Source: an uncultured delta proteobacterium (GTDB taxonomy: Bacteria > Myxococcota_A > Polyangia > Polyangiales > Polyangiaceae). Taken from it: 64,000 nt of DNA. Under the pieces are notes generated by a model, which was not told where the DNA came from, did not search any database, and saw only the letters and a list, made by a program, of their open reading frames with translations. The stretch is from contig CAWDXG010000004.1 in NCBI GenBank assembly GCA_963806225.1, positions 992,001 through 1,056,000 of the forward strand, in the 5' to 3' direction. Position numbers and translations under genes: made by a program. Below are positions 1-9,030 of the stretch, piece after piece (position 1 is the first letter of the stretch; each line of letters opens with the position of its first letter).

Positions 1-27
1 GCCTGCGAAACGGGGAGGGCGACCTAG

Positions 28-666
28 ATGCCCAGCATCGTCGCCTGGCTGCTGCTTCACGGTTCCTACGGCGCTGTCCTGCTGCTGCTCCTGTCCGGCG
101 GGCTCGGGTTGCCCGTCCCCGAGGACGGGATACTGCTCGCCTCCGGCGCGCTCGTCGCAACCGGCAGCATGGCCTGGCTGCCGACGGCGATCGTGTGCGC
201 GCTCGGCGTGCTCGGTGCGGACTCGCTGATGTACCTTGTCGGGCGGCGGCTCGGCCCGCACGCGCTAAAGCGGCTGTCACCGGCGCGCCGCGAGCGCGTC
301 GAGCGGCTGTTCCAGCGCCACGGCCTGAAGCTGGTGCCCGCTGCGCGCTTCATCACGTTGCTCCGGTTTCCGGTCTTCATGCTGAGCGGCGCGCATCGCC
401 TGCCGTACAAGCGCTTCCTCGCCTACGACGCGCTCGGCCTGGCCGGGTCGGCGACGCTCATGCTCGGCCTGGGCCACGCTTTCGCCAGCCGCCTGCCGAC
501 GCTCATCGCGTGGCTGTCCCAGTTCCGCAGCTACGCCCTGGTCGGCGCGGGTGCGCTCGTCGCCGCGACCGCCACAATCGCGCTGCTGCGGGCCCGCCGC
601 ACCCGCAATACCCCGGTTCAGCCGGTCAGCACGCGCACCCCGAGCCTGGTGCCTCCGGCCGAGTAG
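28..666 (+). CDS. DedA family membrane protein
   Basis: DedA motifs GLPVPED, GDS..Y..GR and ARFITLLR; several hydrophobic helices. Confidence 0.88.
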   Translation: MPSIVAWLLLHGSYGAVLLLLLSGGLGLPVPEDGILLASGALVATGSMAWLPTAIVCALGVLGADSLMYLVGRRLGPHALKRLSPARRERVERLFQRHGLKLVPAARFITLLRFPVFMLSGAHRLPYKRFLAYDALGLAGSATLMLGLGHAFASRLPTLIAWLSQFRSYALVGAGALVAATATIALLRARRTRNTPVQPVSTRTPSLVPPAE

Positions 667-761
667 CCCGGCGGAGCCGGCAGTCGGCCCCCCGCGCCCC
701 AGGGCCTCCGCGTGCGGTTCGGGTTGCCGACCCGCGATCATTGATGTACGACCCGCCGACC

Positions 762-902
762 ATGGGAACCCCGCAGGATCCTCGTACCCGTCGCCGCCAG
801 CGCATCCGCCGCGCCAAGAAGAACATGGAGTGGGAGCTGAAGCGCGCCCACGAGAACGCCGAGGCCGCCAAGCCCAAGGCGCCGCCCAAGACCGCGACCT
901 GA
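762..902 (+). CDS. small basic hypothetical protein (46 aa)
   Basis: ATG 762 to TGA 902, MGTPQDPRTRRRQRIRRAKKNMEWELKR...; strong GC3 codon bias; fills the gap between dedA and the convergent gene. Confidence 0.65.
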   Translation: MGTPQDPRTRRRQRIRRAKKNMEWELKRAHENAEAAKPKAPPKTAT

Positions 903-945
903 ACGCGCCGCACCGTCCCGCAGCGTGCGACCGGGTGCGGCGAGC

Positions 946-2181
946 TCACGAGAGGCTGGCCAGGACCGCGAGCAGGTGCTCGCCCAGCCAGTCCGCGCCC
1001 TGCTCGTTGACGTGCGCGTCGCTGAAGATCGCCCAGTCCGGATGGATACAGGGCGCGCCGTCCGGGTCGTACGTGCGCTGCCCCGCAGCGTTGACGCTCT
1101 CCCAGTAGGCGAGGTCGAACAGCCTTCCAGCGTAGCTCTGCCGGATGCGCTGGTTCCACTGCTCGTAGTAGACGTTGCCCCAGTAGGCGTCGCAGTTGTG
1201 GATGGGGAGGGTCGCCTGCACGAACAGCGTGCCGGGATACTTCGCCTCGAGCGCGTCCATCGTGGGCTTGTACACGGTGGAAAACCACGTCGCCTGCGAC
1301 GTGCCGTTGGTCCCGGACACGCTGCCGTCGCCCGCGTCGATGTCCGGAGTGCCCAGCTTGAACACGACGATGTCCATCGCGCCGCCCAGCCCGCCGCGGA
1401 TGTACTGGTCGAACAGCGCGAGCTTGGTGGTCGGATCGCCGTTGTACTGGCCGTGCGACCACTCACCGACGTGGCCCACGCTGATCGCGCCCGCCGTGTG
1501 CACGTTGGTCGCGACGGAAGTGCCCGAGCCGGGGTTGTCGGCGGCGATCTTGATCAGGCCCCAGCTGGGGTCGGGCCAGGCGCCGATCCCCTGGTAGACG
1601 CCCACTGCTTCGCCGCCCACCGACGCATGCTGGAAGTAGATGCGCTTGCCCGACAGCGCGCCGAGTCGCGCGAAGTCGCTGGCGGGAGCCGTGGCATCGC
1701 TCGCGTCAGGCGTCTTGCTCGCGCCGGGCGTCTTGCTCGCGTCGGGCGTCTTGCTCGCGTCGGGCGTCTTGCTCGCGTCGGGCGTCTTGCTCGCGTCGGG
1801 CGTCTTGCTCGCGTCGGGCGTCTTGCTCGCGTCGGGCGTCTTGCTCGCGTCGGGCGCCTTGCTCGCGTCGGGCGCCTTGCTCGCGTCAGGTGTCTTGCTC
1901 GCGTCGGGCGTCTTGCTCGCGTCGGGCGTCTTGCTCGCGTCGGGCGTCTTGCTCGCGTCGGGCGTCTTGCTCGCGTCAGGTGTCTTGCTCGCGTCGGTTG
2001 CGTCGGTCGCCGTCGCATCCGGTACGCGGCCCGAGTCGCTGCTGCCGGCGCCGCTCGCGCCACCTTCCCCTCCCGCGTCGACTGGGACAGGAGATGTCGA
2101 GCCCGCTTCACACGCCGAGAGCCCCGCGCACAACACCGCCAGCAGCAGCCACCGCGCGCGAACCGGAAACGAAACGAGCAT
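946..2181 (-). CDS. lipoprotein with PDASKT repeat stalk and C-terminal SGNH-hydrolase-like domain
   Basis: lipobox LSAC after a hydrophobic stretch; SD-like GAGGGGAGG upstream of ATG 2181; C-terminal domain has YFQHASVG and a DAH motif. Confidence 0.7.
   Translation of the reverse strand: MLVSFPVRARWLLLAVLCAGLSACEAGSTSPVPVDAGGEGGASGAGSSDSGRVPDATATDATDASKTPDASKTPDASKTPDASKTPDASKTPDASKTPDASKAPDASKAPDASKTPDASKTPDASKTPDASKTPDASKTPDASKTPDASKTPGASKTPDASDATAPASDFARLGALSGKRIYFQHASVGGEAVGVYQGIGAWPDPSWGLIKIAADNPGSGTSVATNVHTAGAISVGHVGEWSHGQYNGDPTTKLALFDQYIRGGLGGAMDIVVFKLGTPDIDAGDGSVSGTNGTSQATWFSTVYKPTMDALEAKYPGTLFVQATLPIHNCDAYWGNVYYEQWNQRIRQSYAGRLFDLAYWESVNAAGQRTYDPDGAPCIHPDWAIFSDAHVNEQGADWLGEHLLAVLASLS
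1699..1996. repeat. 18-bp in-frame tandem repeat, about 16 copies (GCGTCGGGCGTCTTGCTC; encodes PDASKT on the minus strand)
   Basis: CTTGCTCGCG recurs every 18 nt from 1714 to 1984. Confidence 0.97.
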
Positions 2182-2210
2182 GTGCGCAACCCTCCCCTCG
2201 TTCCATGCGA

Positions 2211-2226
2211 GCAAGCGGCATGCCAG
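2211..2226 (-). promoter_or_regulatory. sigma54 (-24/-12) promoter for the repeat lipoprotein
   Basis: minus strand CTGGCATGCCGCTTGC = TGGCA..GG-N10-GC consensus, about 30 nt upstream of the start codon. Confidence 0.7.
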
Positions 2227-2410
2227 GCGTGCTTGCTACTCGCGCGCAGGCGGGCCGTTACGAACGGCGCACCAGGAAACAGCGTGAAAGCCCCTGGTCT
2301 GCAACGCTGCGATTCCTATTGTATGAAAAAGGAGTTTTGCCGATCGAGAAGGCCGCGCGGCGGCCAGCGGAGAGGCCCCTCCGGTACCCCGCGGCACAGC
2401 CGCGCGCTGT

Positions 2411-3400
2411 TCAGTGGCCTTCGGCGTACGACGGGCGTTCGGCGGCGACGGCTTCGACGCCGGTGGCTCCGCCTTCGATAGCCGTGGTGAAACGCGCGAG
2501 CAGCACGTCGCGACCGCCAGCAAGCTCGACGCCGACCTCGCCGTAGCGCTGCATGAACAGCCTGAGCGCCCAGGTCGCGGCGGAGCGCGTTCGGCGCGCG
2601 CCGAGCGCGTGGCCAGCGTCGAGGTGCGCGCGGTGATTGTCGATGGCCTCGATGAGCTCTTCAATGCCGGACGCGCTGGGCGCGCTGGTGGAGACGATGG
2701 GCGGGCGCCACGCGGCTGCGCCGCCGGTGTGGATGGCGTCGAGCGCGGCGACCAGCTCCGAGCGCGCGCGATCGGCGACGGCGCCGAGATCGGACTTGTT
2801 CACGACGAACACGTCGGGGATCTCGAGAATGCCGGCTTTGAGGAACTGCAGCATGTCGCCCGACGCGGGCTGGATCACGAGCACGACGGTGTCGGCGACG
2901 TGCTCCACGTCGGTCTCGCTCTGGCCGACGCCGGTGGTTTCCACCACGACCAGATCGTAGGCGGCGGCGAGCACCTCGACGGCAGCGCCGGCCGCGCGCG
3001 AGAGGCCGCCCAGATCGCCGCCCGACGCCATGGAGCGGACGAACAGGCCCGTGTCGTCGGGGTCGATGGCGATGCGGGCGCGATCGCCGAGCAGGGCTCC
3101 GCCGCTCCTGGGGCTGGACGGATCGACGGCGAGCACGCCGACCGTGCGTCCCTGCTCGCGCGCGACGCGGCACAGGGCGGACAGCAGCGAGCTCTTGCCG
3201 GCGCCGGGCGGCCCCGTCAGCCCGACGCGCTCGCCCCGTGAGGCCTTTCCGACGTGGCGGAGCGCCCGCAACAGCTCGACGCTCTGCTGCTCCGCGCCAG
3301 GGCGGCGATCCTCGACCAGCGAGATGGCGCGCGCGACGGCCGCAGGCTCGGCGGCCTCGACACGGCGCGCGAGCTCGACCACGTCGAGCAGCGGCTTCAT
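2411..3400 (-). CDS. meaB: MeaB/ArgK GTPase chaperone of B12-dependent acyl-CoA mutase
   Basis: GPPGAGKSS, AVDPSS, GGALLGDR, ETTGVGQSE and NKSD motifs; overlaps the ecm stop codon. Confidence 0.95.
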   Translation of the reverse strand: MKPLLDVVELARRVEAAEPAAVARAISLVEDRRPGAEQQSVELLRALRHVGKASRGERVGLTGPPGAGKSSLLSALCRVAREQGRTVGVLAVDPSSPRSGGALLGDRARIAIDPDDTGLFVRSMASGGDLGGLSRAAGAAVEVLAAAYDLVVVETTGVGQSETDVEHVADTVVLVIQPASGDMLQFLKAGILEIPDVFVVNKSDLGAVADRARSELVAALDAIHTGGAAAWRPPIVSTSAPSASGIEELIEAIDNHRAHLDAGHALGARRTRSAATWALRLFMQRYGEVGVELAGGRDVLLARFTTAIEGGATGVEAVAAERPSYAEGH

Positions 3401-5367
3401 GCGTGCGCCTTCTTCACCAGCGTGACCAGCTCTTCGAGGATGCGCGAGATGTCGTAGTCCTTGGGCGTGTACACGGCGGCAACGCCCTCCTTCTCGAGCT
3501 GGGCGGCGTCGCTGTCCGGGATGATGCCGCCCGCCACGACGGGCACGTCGCCCGCGCCCTGCTCCTTCATTTCCTTCATCACCTCGCGCACGAGATCCAT
3601 GTGTGCGCCGCTCAGGATACTCAGGCCGACCAGGTGCACGCCCTCGTCAACAGCGGCGCGGGCGAGCTCGCGCGGCGTGACGCGGATCCCCTCGTAGACG
3701 ACCTCGAAGCCGGCGTCCCGGGCGCGCAGAGCGATCTGCTCGGCGCCGTTGGAGTGGCCGTCGAGGCCCGGCTTGCCGACGAGCAGCTTGGGGCGTCGGC
3801 CGAGCTCGCGGGCGAGCGCGTCGACTTCCTTCTGCAGGCGTTCGAGCTTGTCGTGGCCGCTCGCGGGGGTGCGGGCGCCGGCCACGCCGGTGGGTGCGCG
3901 GTACTCGCCGAACACCTCGCGCAGCACACTGCCCCACTCGCCCGTGGTGACGCCGGCCTTCGCGGCGGCGATCGACGCGGGCATGATGTTGTCGCCGCTC
4001 TGGGCCGCGGCGCGCAGCGCGTCGAGCGCCTGCTTCACGGCGCCGGCGTCGCGCTGGTTCCGCCAGGCTTCGAGCCGCGCGACCTGCTCCTTCTCCACGG
4101 ACGGATCGATGCGCAGGATGGTGTCGATGCCCTCGCCGGTGAGCGGGCTCTGGGCCGTCTCGACGTACTTGTTGACGCCGACGACGATATGCTCGCCGGC
4201 CTCGATGGCCGCGATGCGCGCCGCGTTGGAGGCGACCAATCGCTCCTTGATGTAGCCGCTCTCGACCGCGGGCACGGTGCCACCGCGCTCGAGCACGGCC
4301 TCCACCTCGGCCCAGGCCGCGTCGCGGATCGCGTTCGTGCGCTGTTCGACGACGGGCGAGCCGTCGAACAGATCGCCGTGCTCGAGCAGATCGGTCTCGA
4401 AAGCGAGGATCTGCTGGGCGCGCAGGCTCAGCTGTTGATCCCAGGGGCGCGGCAGGCCGAGCGCCTCGTTCCACGCGGGCAGCTGGATGGCGCGGGCGCG
4501 CGCCTTCTTGCTGAGCGTGACGCCGAGCATCTCCAGCACGATGCGCAGGATGTTGTTCTCGGGCTGCTGCTCGGTCAGGCCCAGCGAGTTGACCTGCACG
4601 CCATACCGGAAGCGGCGGAGCTTGGCGTCGTTCACCCGGTAGCGCTCGAGGCCAAGCCTGTCCCACAGCTCGACGAAGGCGCGCTGTTTGCACACCTCGT
4701 CGACGAAACGGATGCTGGAGTTGATGAAGAAGGAGAGCCGGCCGAACACGCGGTCGAGCTCGGCCTGGGCGATGCCGCGCTCCTTCACGGTATCGAGCAC
4801 GGCGATCGCGGTGGTGAGCGCGTAGGCGACCTCCTGCTCGGGCGTCGCGCCGGCCTCCTGCAGGTGGTAGCTGCAGATGTTGGTCGGGTTCCAGTCGGGA
4901 ACGTGCTCGACCGTGTACTGGATGGTGTCCGCGATCAGCCTCAGGCTGGGGCCGGGCGGGAACACATACGTGCCGCGCGACAGGTACTCCTTGATGATGT
5001 CGTTCTGCGTGGTGCCGCGGAGCTTCTTTACGTCGGCGCCCTGTTCCTCGGCGGCGGCGATGTAGAGGGCAAGCAACCACGCGGCCGTGGCGTTGATGGT
5101 CATCGAGGTGTTCATGCGCTCGAGCGCGATGCCCTCGAACAGTGCGCGCATGTCGCCCAGGTGGCAGATCGGCACCCCCGTGCGCCCGACCTCGCCCCGC
5201 GCCAGCGGCGAGTCGGAGTCGTAGCCGGTCTGCGTGGGCAGATCGAAGGCGACGCTCAGGCCCGTCTGGCCCTTGGCCAGGTTCTGGCGGTAGAGCTCGT
5301 TCGACGCTTTCGGGGTGCTGTGCCCCGAGTACGTCCGCATGATCCAGGGGCGATCCTTCTCGCTCAC
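3397..5367 (-). CDS. ecm: ethylmalonyl-CoA mutase (MeaA), B12-dependent
   Basis: N-terminus PWIMRTYSGHST..SNELYR.NLAKGQTGLSVAFDLPTQTGYDSD is typical of Ecm/MeaA; B12-binding motif GKPGLDGHSNG; 656 aa; GTG start. Confidence 0.93.
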   Translation of the reverse strand: MSEKDRPWIMRTYSGHSTPKASNELYRQNLAKGQTGLSVAFDLPTQTGYDSDSPLARGEVGRTGVPICHLGDMRALFEGIALERMNTSMTINATAAWLLALYIAAAEEQGADVKKLRGTTQNDIIKEYLSRGTYVFPPGPSLRLIADTIQYTVEHVPDWNPTNICSYHLQEAGATPEQEVAYALTTAIAVLDTVKERGIAQAELDRVFGRLSFFINSSIRFVDEVCKQRAFVELWDRLGLERYRVNDAKLRRFRYGVQVNSLGLTEQQPENNILRIVLEMLGVTLSKKARARAIQLPAWNEALGLPRPWDQQLSLRAQQILAFETDLLEHGDLFDGSPVVEQRTNAIRDAAWAEVEAVLERGGTVPAVESGYIKERLVASNAARIAAIEAGEHIVVGVNKYVETAQSPLTGEGIDTILRIDPSVEKEQVARLEAWRNQRDAGAVKQALDALRAAAQSGDNIMPASIAAAKAGVTTGEWGSVLREVFGEYRAPTGVAGARTPASGHDKLERLQKEVDALARELGRRPKLLVGKPGLDGHSNGAEQIALRARDAGFEVVYEGIRVTPRELARAAVDEGVHLVGLSILSGAHMDLVREVMKEMKEQGAGDVPVVAGGIIPDSDAAQLEKEGVAAVYTPKDYDISRILEELVTLVKKAHA

Positions 5368-5487
5368 GTGTCTCCTCCGTCGCGCGCTCGGCGCTCTCGC
5401 GCCCTAGATGTAGCGATTGTCAGCCGTGCGGTCGAGTCCGGGCGCCCTCTGCTTGACCGCGCGGGCCCCCCGGCTGGATCATGCGAA

Positions 5488-7398
5488 GTGGTGGAAAGGG
5501 CGGCGGAAGCGGCGGCAGACGTGCGCCAGGCGGGCGACTGGGTGCTCAAGCGGCGCCTCGGACGCGGCGCCATGGGCGAGGTGTGGCTCGGCTGGCACCA
5601 GCACTCGGAGAGCCGTGCGGCGGTCAAGCTGTTCCGCGAGCACGAGGCGCTGCGCGGGCGCGCGCGGCGCTTCTTCGACCGCGAGCGGCGCGCGGTAGCG
5701 CGGCTCCGGCACCCGAACGTGGTGAGCCTGTACGACGTGGGGCCCGACTTCATCGCGATGGCCTACATCGACGGCCCGAACCTCGCCCAGCGGGCGGCGA
5801 GCGGCATCGAACCGGCCACAGCGCTGACCATCGCACTGCAGATCGCCTCCGCGCTGTCGCACGCGCACGACAGCGGCGTGGTGCACCGCGACGTGAAGCC
5901 CGGCAACGTGCTGCTCGACTCGCAGGGCAACGCGTATCTGGGCGACTTCGGTCTGGCCACGCTCTTCGACGACGACGACCCCGACGAAAATGCCCGGGTG
6001 GGCACGCCGGGCTACATGGCGCCGGAACAGATCGCGGGTGGCGCCGTCGGCCCCGCCGCCGACCAATACGCGCTCGGGCGCACGCTTCTGGAGATGCTGC
6101 TCGGGCGGCTTCCGCCGCGGGACATCGAGCGCGCGTTTTCCGACCTGCCGGACGATCTGCCGGAGCCGCTCAGGGCCGCGCTCCGGCGCGCCTGCGCTCC
6201 GCATCCCGAGCAGCGCTTCGCGTCGGTGGCGGAGCTCTCGAGCGCGCTCTCGGGGATCGATCTGGGTGGCTACGAGACTCCGGCACGGCTCGCGCCGGAG
6301 CTGCGCATCCGCGCCCAGTTCGGCTGGGCCACGGCGCCGGCAAAGGTAGAGCGCGTCTCGCACGACATCGCGCGCGCGGACTACTCCGTGCACTCGCTGG
6401 CGCGCGCCGGCGTGCTCGCCGAAGCGCACGTGGATCGCTTCCTCGCAGAAAGCGGCTACCGCGACTTCGCCTGGTCTCTGTACGCGCACGAGAGCCGGCT
6501 CGGCTCGGTGTCGGACTCGGGCGTGCTGGCTCGCGCGTCGGATCTGGTGGTCCTGGCCCATGGCACGCTCTGCACGCGCGCGGTGTGGAGCCACGTGGCG
6601 GCGGCCATCTGCCGCGACAATGCGCGCGCCGTGGTGCTGGTTCCGGATCATCTCGGCTCCGGCGAAAGTCCGCTGCAACCTTCTGCGGGCGCGGCGCACC
6701 TGGCCCCCCAGGCCGTCGTCCGCACCTTGCAGCACTGGCTGGATCTGCTCTCGGTGCGCGACCTGCCGACGGTGCTGGTCGGGCACTCGGCGGCCGCGGT
6801 GGCGCTCTTGTCGGTACCGGACGAGGCGCTCGGCGAACGCATGTCGCGCGTGGCGGTGACACCCGTCTATCCCTTTGCCCATTGGGGCCTGCGGCTCCAG
6901 CTCGACCTTGCCGCGCTGCTGCTCGCCACGCTGGGTCGCATCCCGGTCATGAAGGAGCTGCTCGGACGGCTCGGGCTCAGGAGCCCCGAGACGCGCGGCT
7001 ACACCGAAGCCGAGCGCGCCAGCATGCTGGAGCAGTTCCGCCAGGTCCCGATACGGCCGATGGCGGCGCTCACGCGTGAGGTCGCGCGCGCGCAACCGGA
7101 AAGCGCGGACCGGCTCGACCGCTGCTCCATCGTCATCGGGCAGGACGATCCGCTGACCCCCGCGTGGCGCGCGCTGTCCGCCCTGGACAAGCTCGGCTTC
7201 CCGAAGCGCAGCATCTACAGGGTCGCCAGCGGCGGTCACAACCCGCACATGGAAAGGGACGACCACCCCGAGTGGACCATGCGCAACGTCGACGATCTGG
7301 CGCGCGTCGTGGAGTCGATGCTGGTCTCGGCGCGCGAGGGCGCGCCCTCGAGCACCGTGCTCGAGAGCACGCTCATCGCCGACAGCGACGGACCCTAG
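5488..7398 (+). CDS. Hanks-type Ser/Thr protein kinase fused to an alpha/beta-hydrolase domain
   Basis: kinase motifs LGRGAMGEV, AVK, HRDVKPGN, DFG, GTPGYMAPE; C-terminal VLAHG, GHSAA and GGHNPH; start codon uncertain (GTG 5488 or 5491). Confidence 0.85.
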   Translation: MVERAAEAAADVRQAGDWVLKRRLGRGAMGEVWLGWHQHSESRAAVKLFREHEALRGRARRFFDRERRAVARLRHPNVVSLYDVGPDFIAMAYIDGPNLAQRAASGIEPATALTIALQIASALSHAHDSGVVHRDVKPGNVLLDSQGNAYLGDFGLATLFDDDDPDENARVGTPGYMAPEQIAGGAVGPAADQYALGRTLLEMLLGRLPPRDIERAFSDLPDDLPEPLRAALRRACAPHPEQRFASVAELSSALSGIDLGGYETPARLAPELRIRAQFGWATAPAKVERVSHDIARADYSVHSLARAGVLAEAHVDRFLAESGYRDFAWSLYAHESRLGSVSDSGVLARASDLVVLAHGTLCTRAVWSHVAAAICRDNARAVVLVPDHLGSGESPLQPSAGAAHLAPQAVVRTLQHWLDLLSVRDLPTVLVGHSAAAVALLSVPDEALGERMSRVAVTPVYPFAHWGLRLQLDLAALLLATLGRIPVMKELLGRLGLRSPETRGYTEAERASMLEQFRQVPIRPMAALTREVARAQPESADRLDRCSIVIGQDDPLTPAWRALSALDKLGFPKRSIYRVASGGHNPHMERDDHPEWTMRNVDDLARVVESMLVSAREGAPSSTVLESTLIADSDGP

Positions 7399-7415
7399 GC
7401 GCTATAGTCGGCGTC

Positions 7416-8402
7416 ATGCAGATCGCGAAGACCAGGCTGGGCCGCACGGGACCGGAAGTGCACCCGGTAGGCCTCGGGTGCATGGGGCTATCGGGGATGT
7501 ACGGCCCCACGACGGACGAACAGGGCATCGCGACGATCCACGCCGCCATCGAGCGCGGCATCACGCTGCTCGACACGGGCGACTTCTACGGCATGGGGCA
7601 CAACGAGCTTCTGATCCGCCGCGCCATCGAAGGCAAACGCGATCGCGTGCTCCTGTCGGTGAAGTTCGGCGCGCTCAGGACGCCCGCCGGCGGCTGGAGC
7701 GGCATCGACACGCGGCCCGCCGCGGTGAAGAACTTCGCGGCCTACAGTCTGAAGCGTCTCGGCGCGGAGGTCATCGACATCTACCGACCCGCAAGGCTCG
7801 ACCCGCAAGTACCGATCGAGGACACGGTGGGCGCGATCAAGGATCTGATCGACAAGGGTTATGTCCGCTACGTCGGCCTGTCCGAGGTGGGCGTCGACAC
7901 AATCCGTCGCGCGCATGCGGTGCACCCGATCGTCGATCTGCAGATCGAGTACTCGCTCGTCAGCCGTCGGCCCGAAGAGAAGCTCTTCTCCGCGCTCGCG
8001 GAGCTCGGCATCAGCGCGACGCTCTACGGGGTGCTGTCGCGCGGGCTCCTGGTCGGAAGGAAGGCGGACCGACCCGGCGATTCGCGGAGTCGCTTTCCGC
8101 GCTTCTCCAGCGACCACCTCGCGCACAATGAGCAGCTTTCGCAAAAGCTCGCGGATTTCGCCGCCGCGCGCGGTAGCACGCCCGGTCAGGTCGCCATCGC
8201 CTGGGTGCTCGAGAAACAGCCAACCCTGGTCCCGTTGGTGGGCGCCCGCACGGCCGAGCAGCTCGACGACGCGCTCGGCGCGCTGGACAAGCCGCTCTCG
8301 GCCGCCGATGTCGCCGAGCTCGAGGAACTGATCCCGCACGACGCCGCCCGCGGCACGCGCTACCACCCGGCGCAGATGGCGCATCTGGACAGCGAGCGCT
8401 GA
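7416..8402 (+). CDS. aldo/keto reductase
   Basis: GLGCMG, LDTGDFYG, SVKFG, VGLSE and LQIEYSL motifs. Confidence 0.93.
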   Translation: MQIAKTRLGRTGPEVHPVGLGCMGLSGMYGPTTDEQGIATIHAAIERGITLLDTGDFYGMGHNELLIRRAIEGKRDRVLLSVKFGALRTPAGGWSGIDTRPAAVKNFAAYSLKRLGAEVIDIYRPARLDPQVPIEDTVGAIKDLIDKGYVRYVGLSEVGVDTIRRAHAVHPIVDLQIEYSLVSRRPEEKLFSALAELGISATLYGVLSRGLLVGRKADRPGDSRSRFPRFSSDHLAHNEQLSQKLADFAAARGSTPGQVAIAWVLEKQPTLVPLVGARTAEQLDDALGALDKPLSAADVAELEELIPHDAARGTRYHPAQMAHLDSER

Positions 8403-8403
8403 T

Positions 8404-8961
8404 TCAAGCCGTGAACGAGGCCTGTGCCAGCTTCGCCGTGTGCTCGCGCACGTCGGCGGGCCAATCGCGAATGAGCTCGCCGAAGCGCGCCGCGTCGCCG
8501 GCGTAGAGCGCTCGCGACGCTTCCTCGTAGCCCGGCAGGTTGCCGGCCATGGCAGACATGAAACGCCCGGCGGCATCGCGTGCGCGGCGGGTGCGCTCGG
8601 CGGCCGGCTCGCGCTTCTTGGCTTCCTCCACCAGCCTGCGCAGCGCGGCGGAGATGCCGTTCGGTTGCTCCTCGAGCCATTCCCAGTGGCGGGGCAGCAG
8701 CGACACTTCGCGCGAGACCACGCCGAGACGGGGCCTGCCGGGGCCGCTGCGCCTGGGAGGCAGCGCGCGTTCGACCACGTCCCCGGCGCTGCCCCGGAAG
8801 TCGAAATCGACCTGGCGCCCTGTCTGGTCCTCGAAGATCAGCACCTCGCCGACCCTGCCCCGGTCGAGCTCCGCCTTGGTCTCGAGCAGCATGTGGCGGA
8901 GATCACCGGCGGCGATCAGACGCTCGCCTGCGAAAGCCGAGTAGGTCCGTTCATCGGTCAT
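8404..8961 (-). CDS. DUF2239 family protein
   Basis: IFEDQTGRQVDFDFRG and GPGRPRLGVVSREVSLLPRHWEWL..QPNG.SAALRRLV signatures. Confidence 0.88.
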   Translation of the reverse strand: MTDERTYSAFAGERLIAAGDLRHMLLETKAELDRGRVGEVLIFEDQTGRQVDFDFRGSAGDVVERALPPRRSGPGRPRLGVVSREVSLLPRHWEWLEEQPNGISAALRRLVEEAKKREPAAERTRRARDAAGRFMSAMAGNLPGYEEASRALYAGDAARFGELIRDWPADVREHTAKLAQASFTA

Positions 8962-8969
8962 GGCAGGGA

Positions 8970-9014
8970 ATAGTACCCGGGTAGAATAGGCTGTCAATAT
9001 TACCCGGATAGAAT
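8970..9014 (-). promoter_or_regulatory. sigma70 promoter of the DUF2239 gene with two TACCCGGRTAGAAT operator boxes
   Basis: minus strand TTGACA(8997-8992)-N16-TACTAT(8975-8970)-8 nt-ATG; boxes at 8974-8987 and 9001-9014. Confidence 0.7.
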
Positions 9015-9030
9015 TCTGCGACACGGCAGG

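Noticed and set aside
1699..1996. Repeat array as CRISPR
   Set aside because: Contiguous 18-bp units without spacers, in frame in a gene, and no cas genes
3397..5367. Ordinary methylmalonyl-CoA mutase
   Set aside because: N-terminal signature, length and ccr/mcd/mch context fit ethylmalonyl-CoA mutase
3238..7398. 1386-aa giant ORF
   Set aside because: The first about 750 codons are the antisense shadow of ecm/meaB; only the part from about 5488 has kinase and hydrolase motifs
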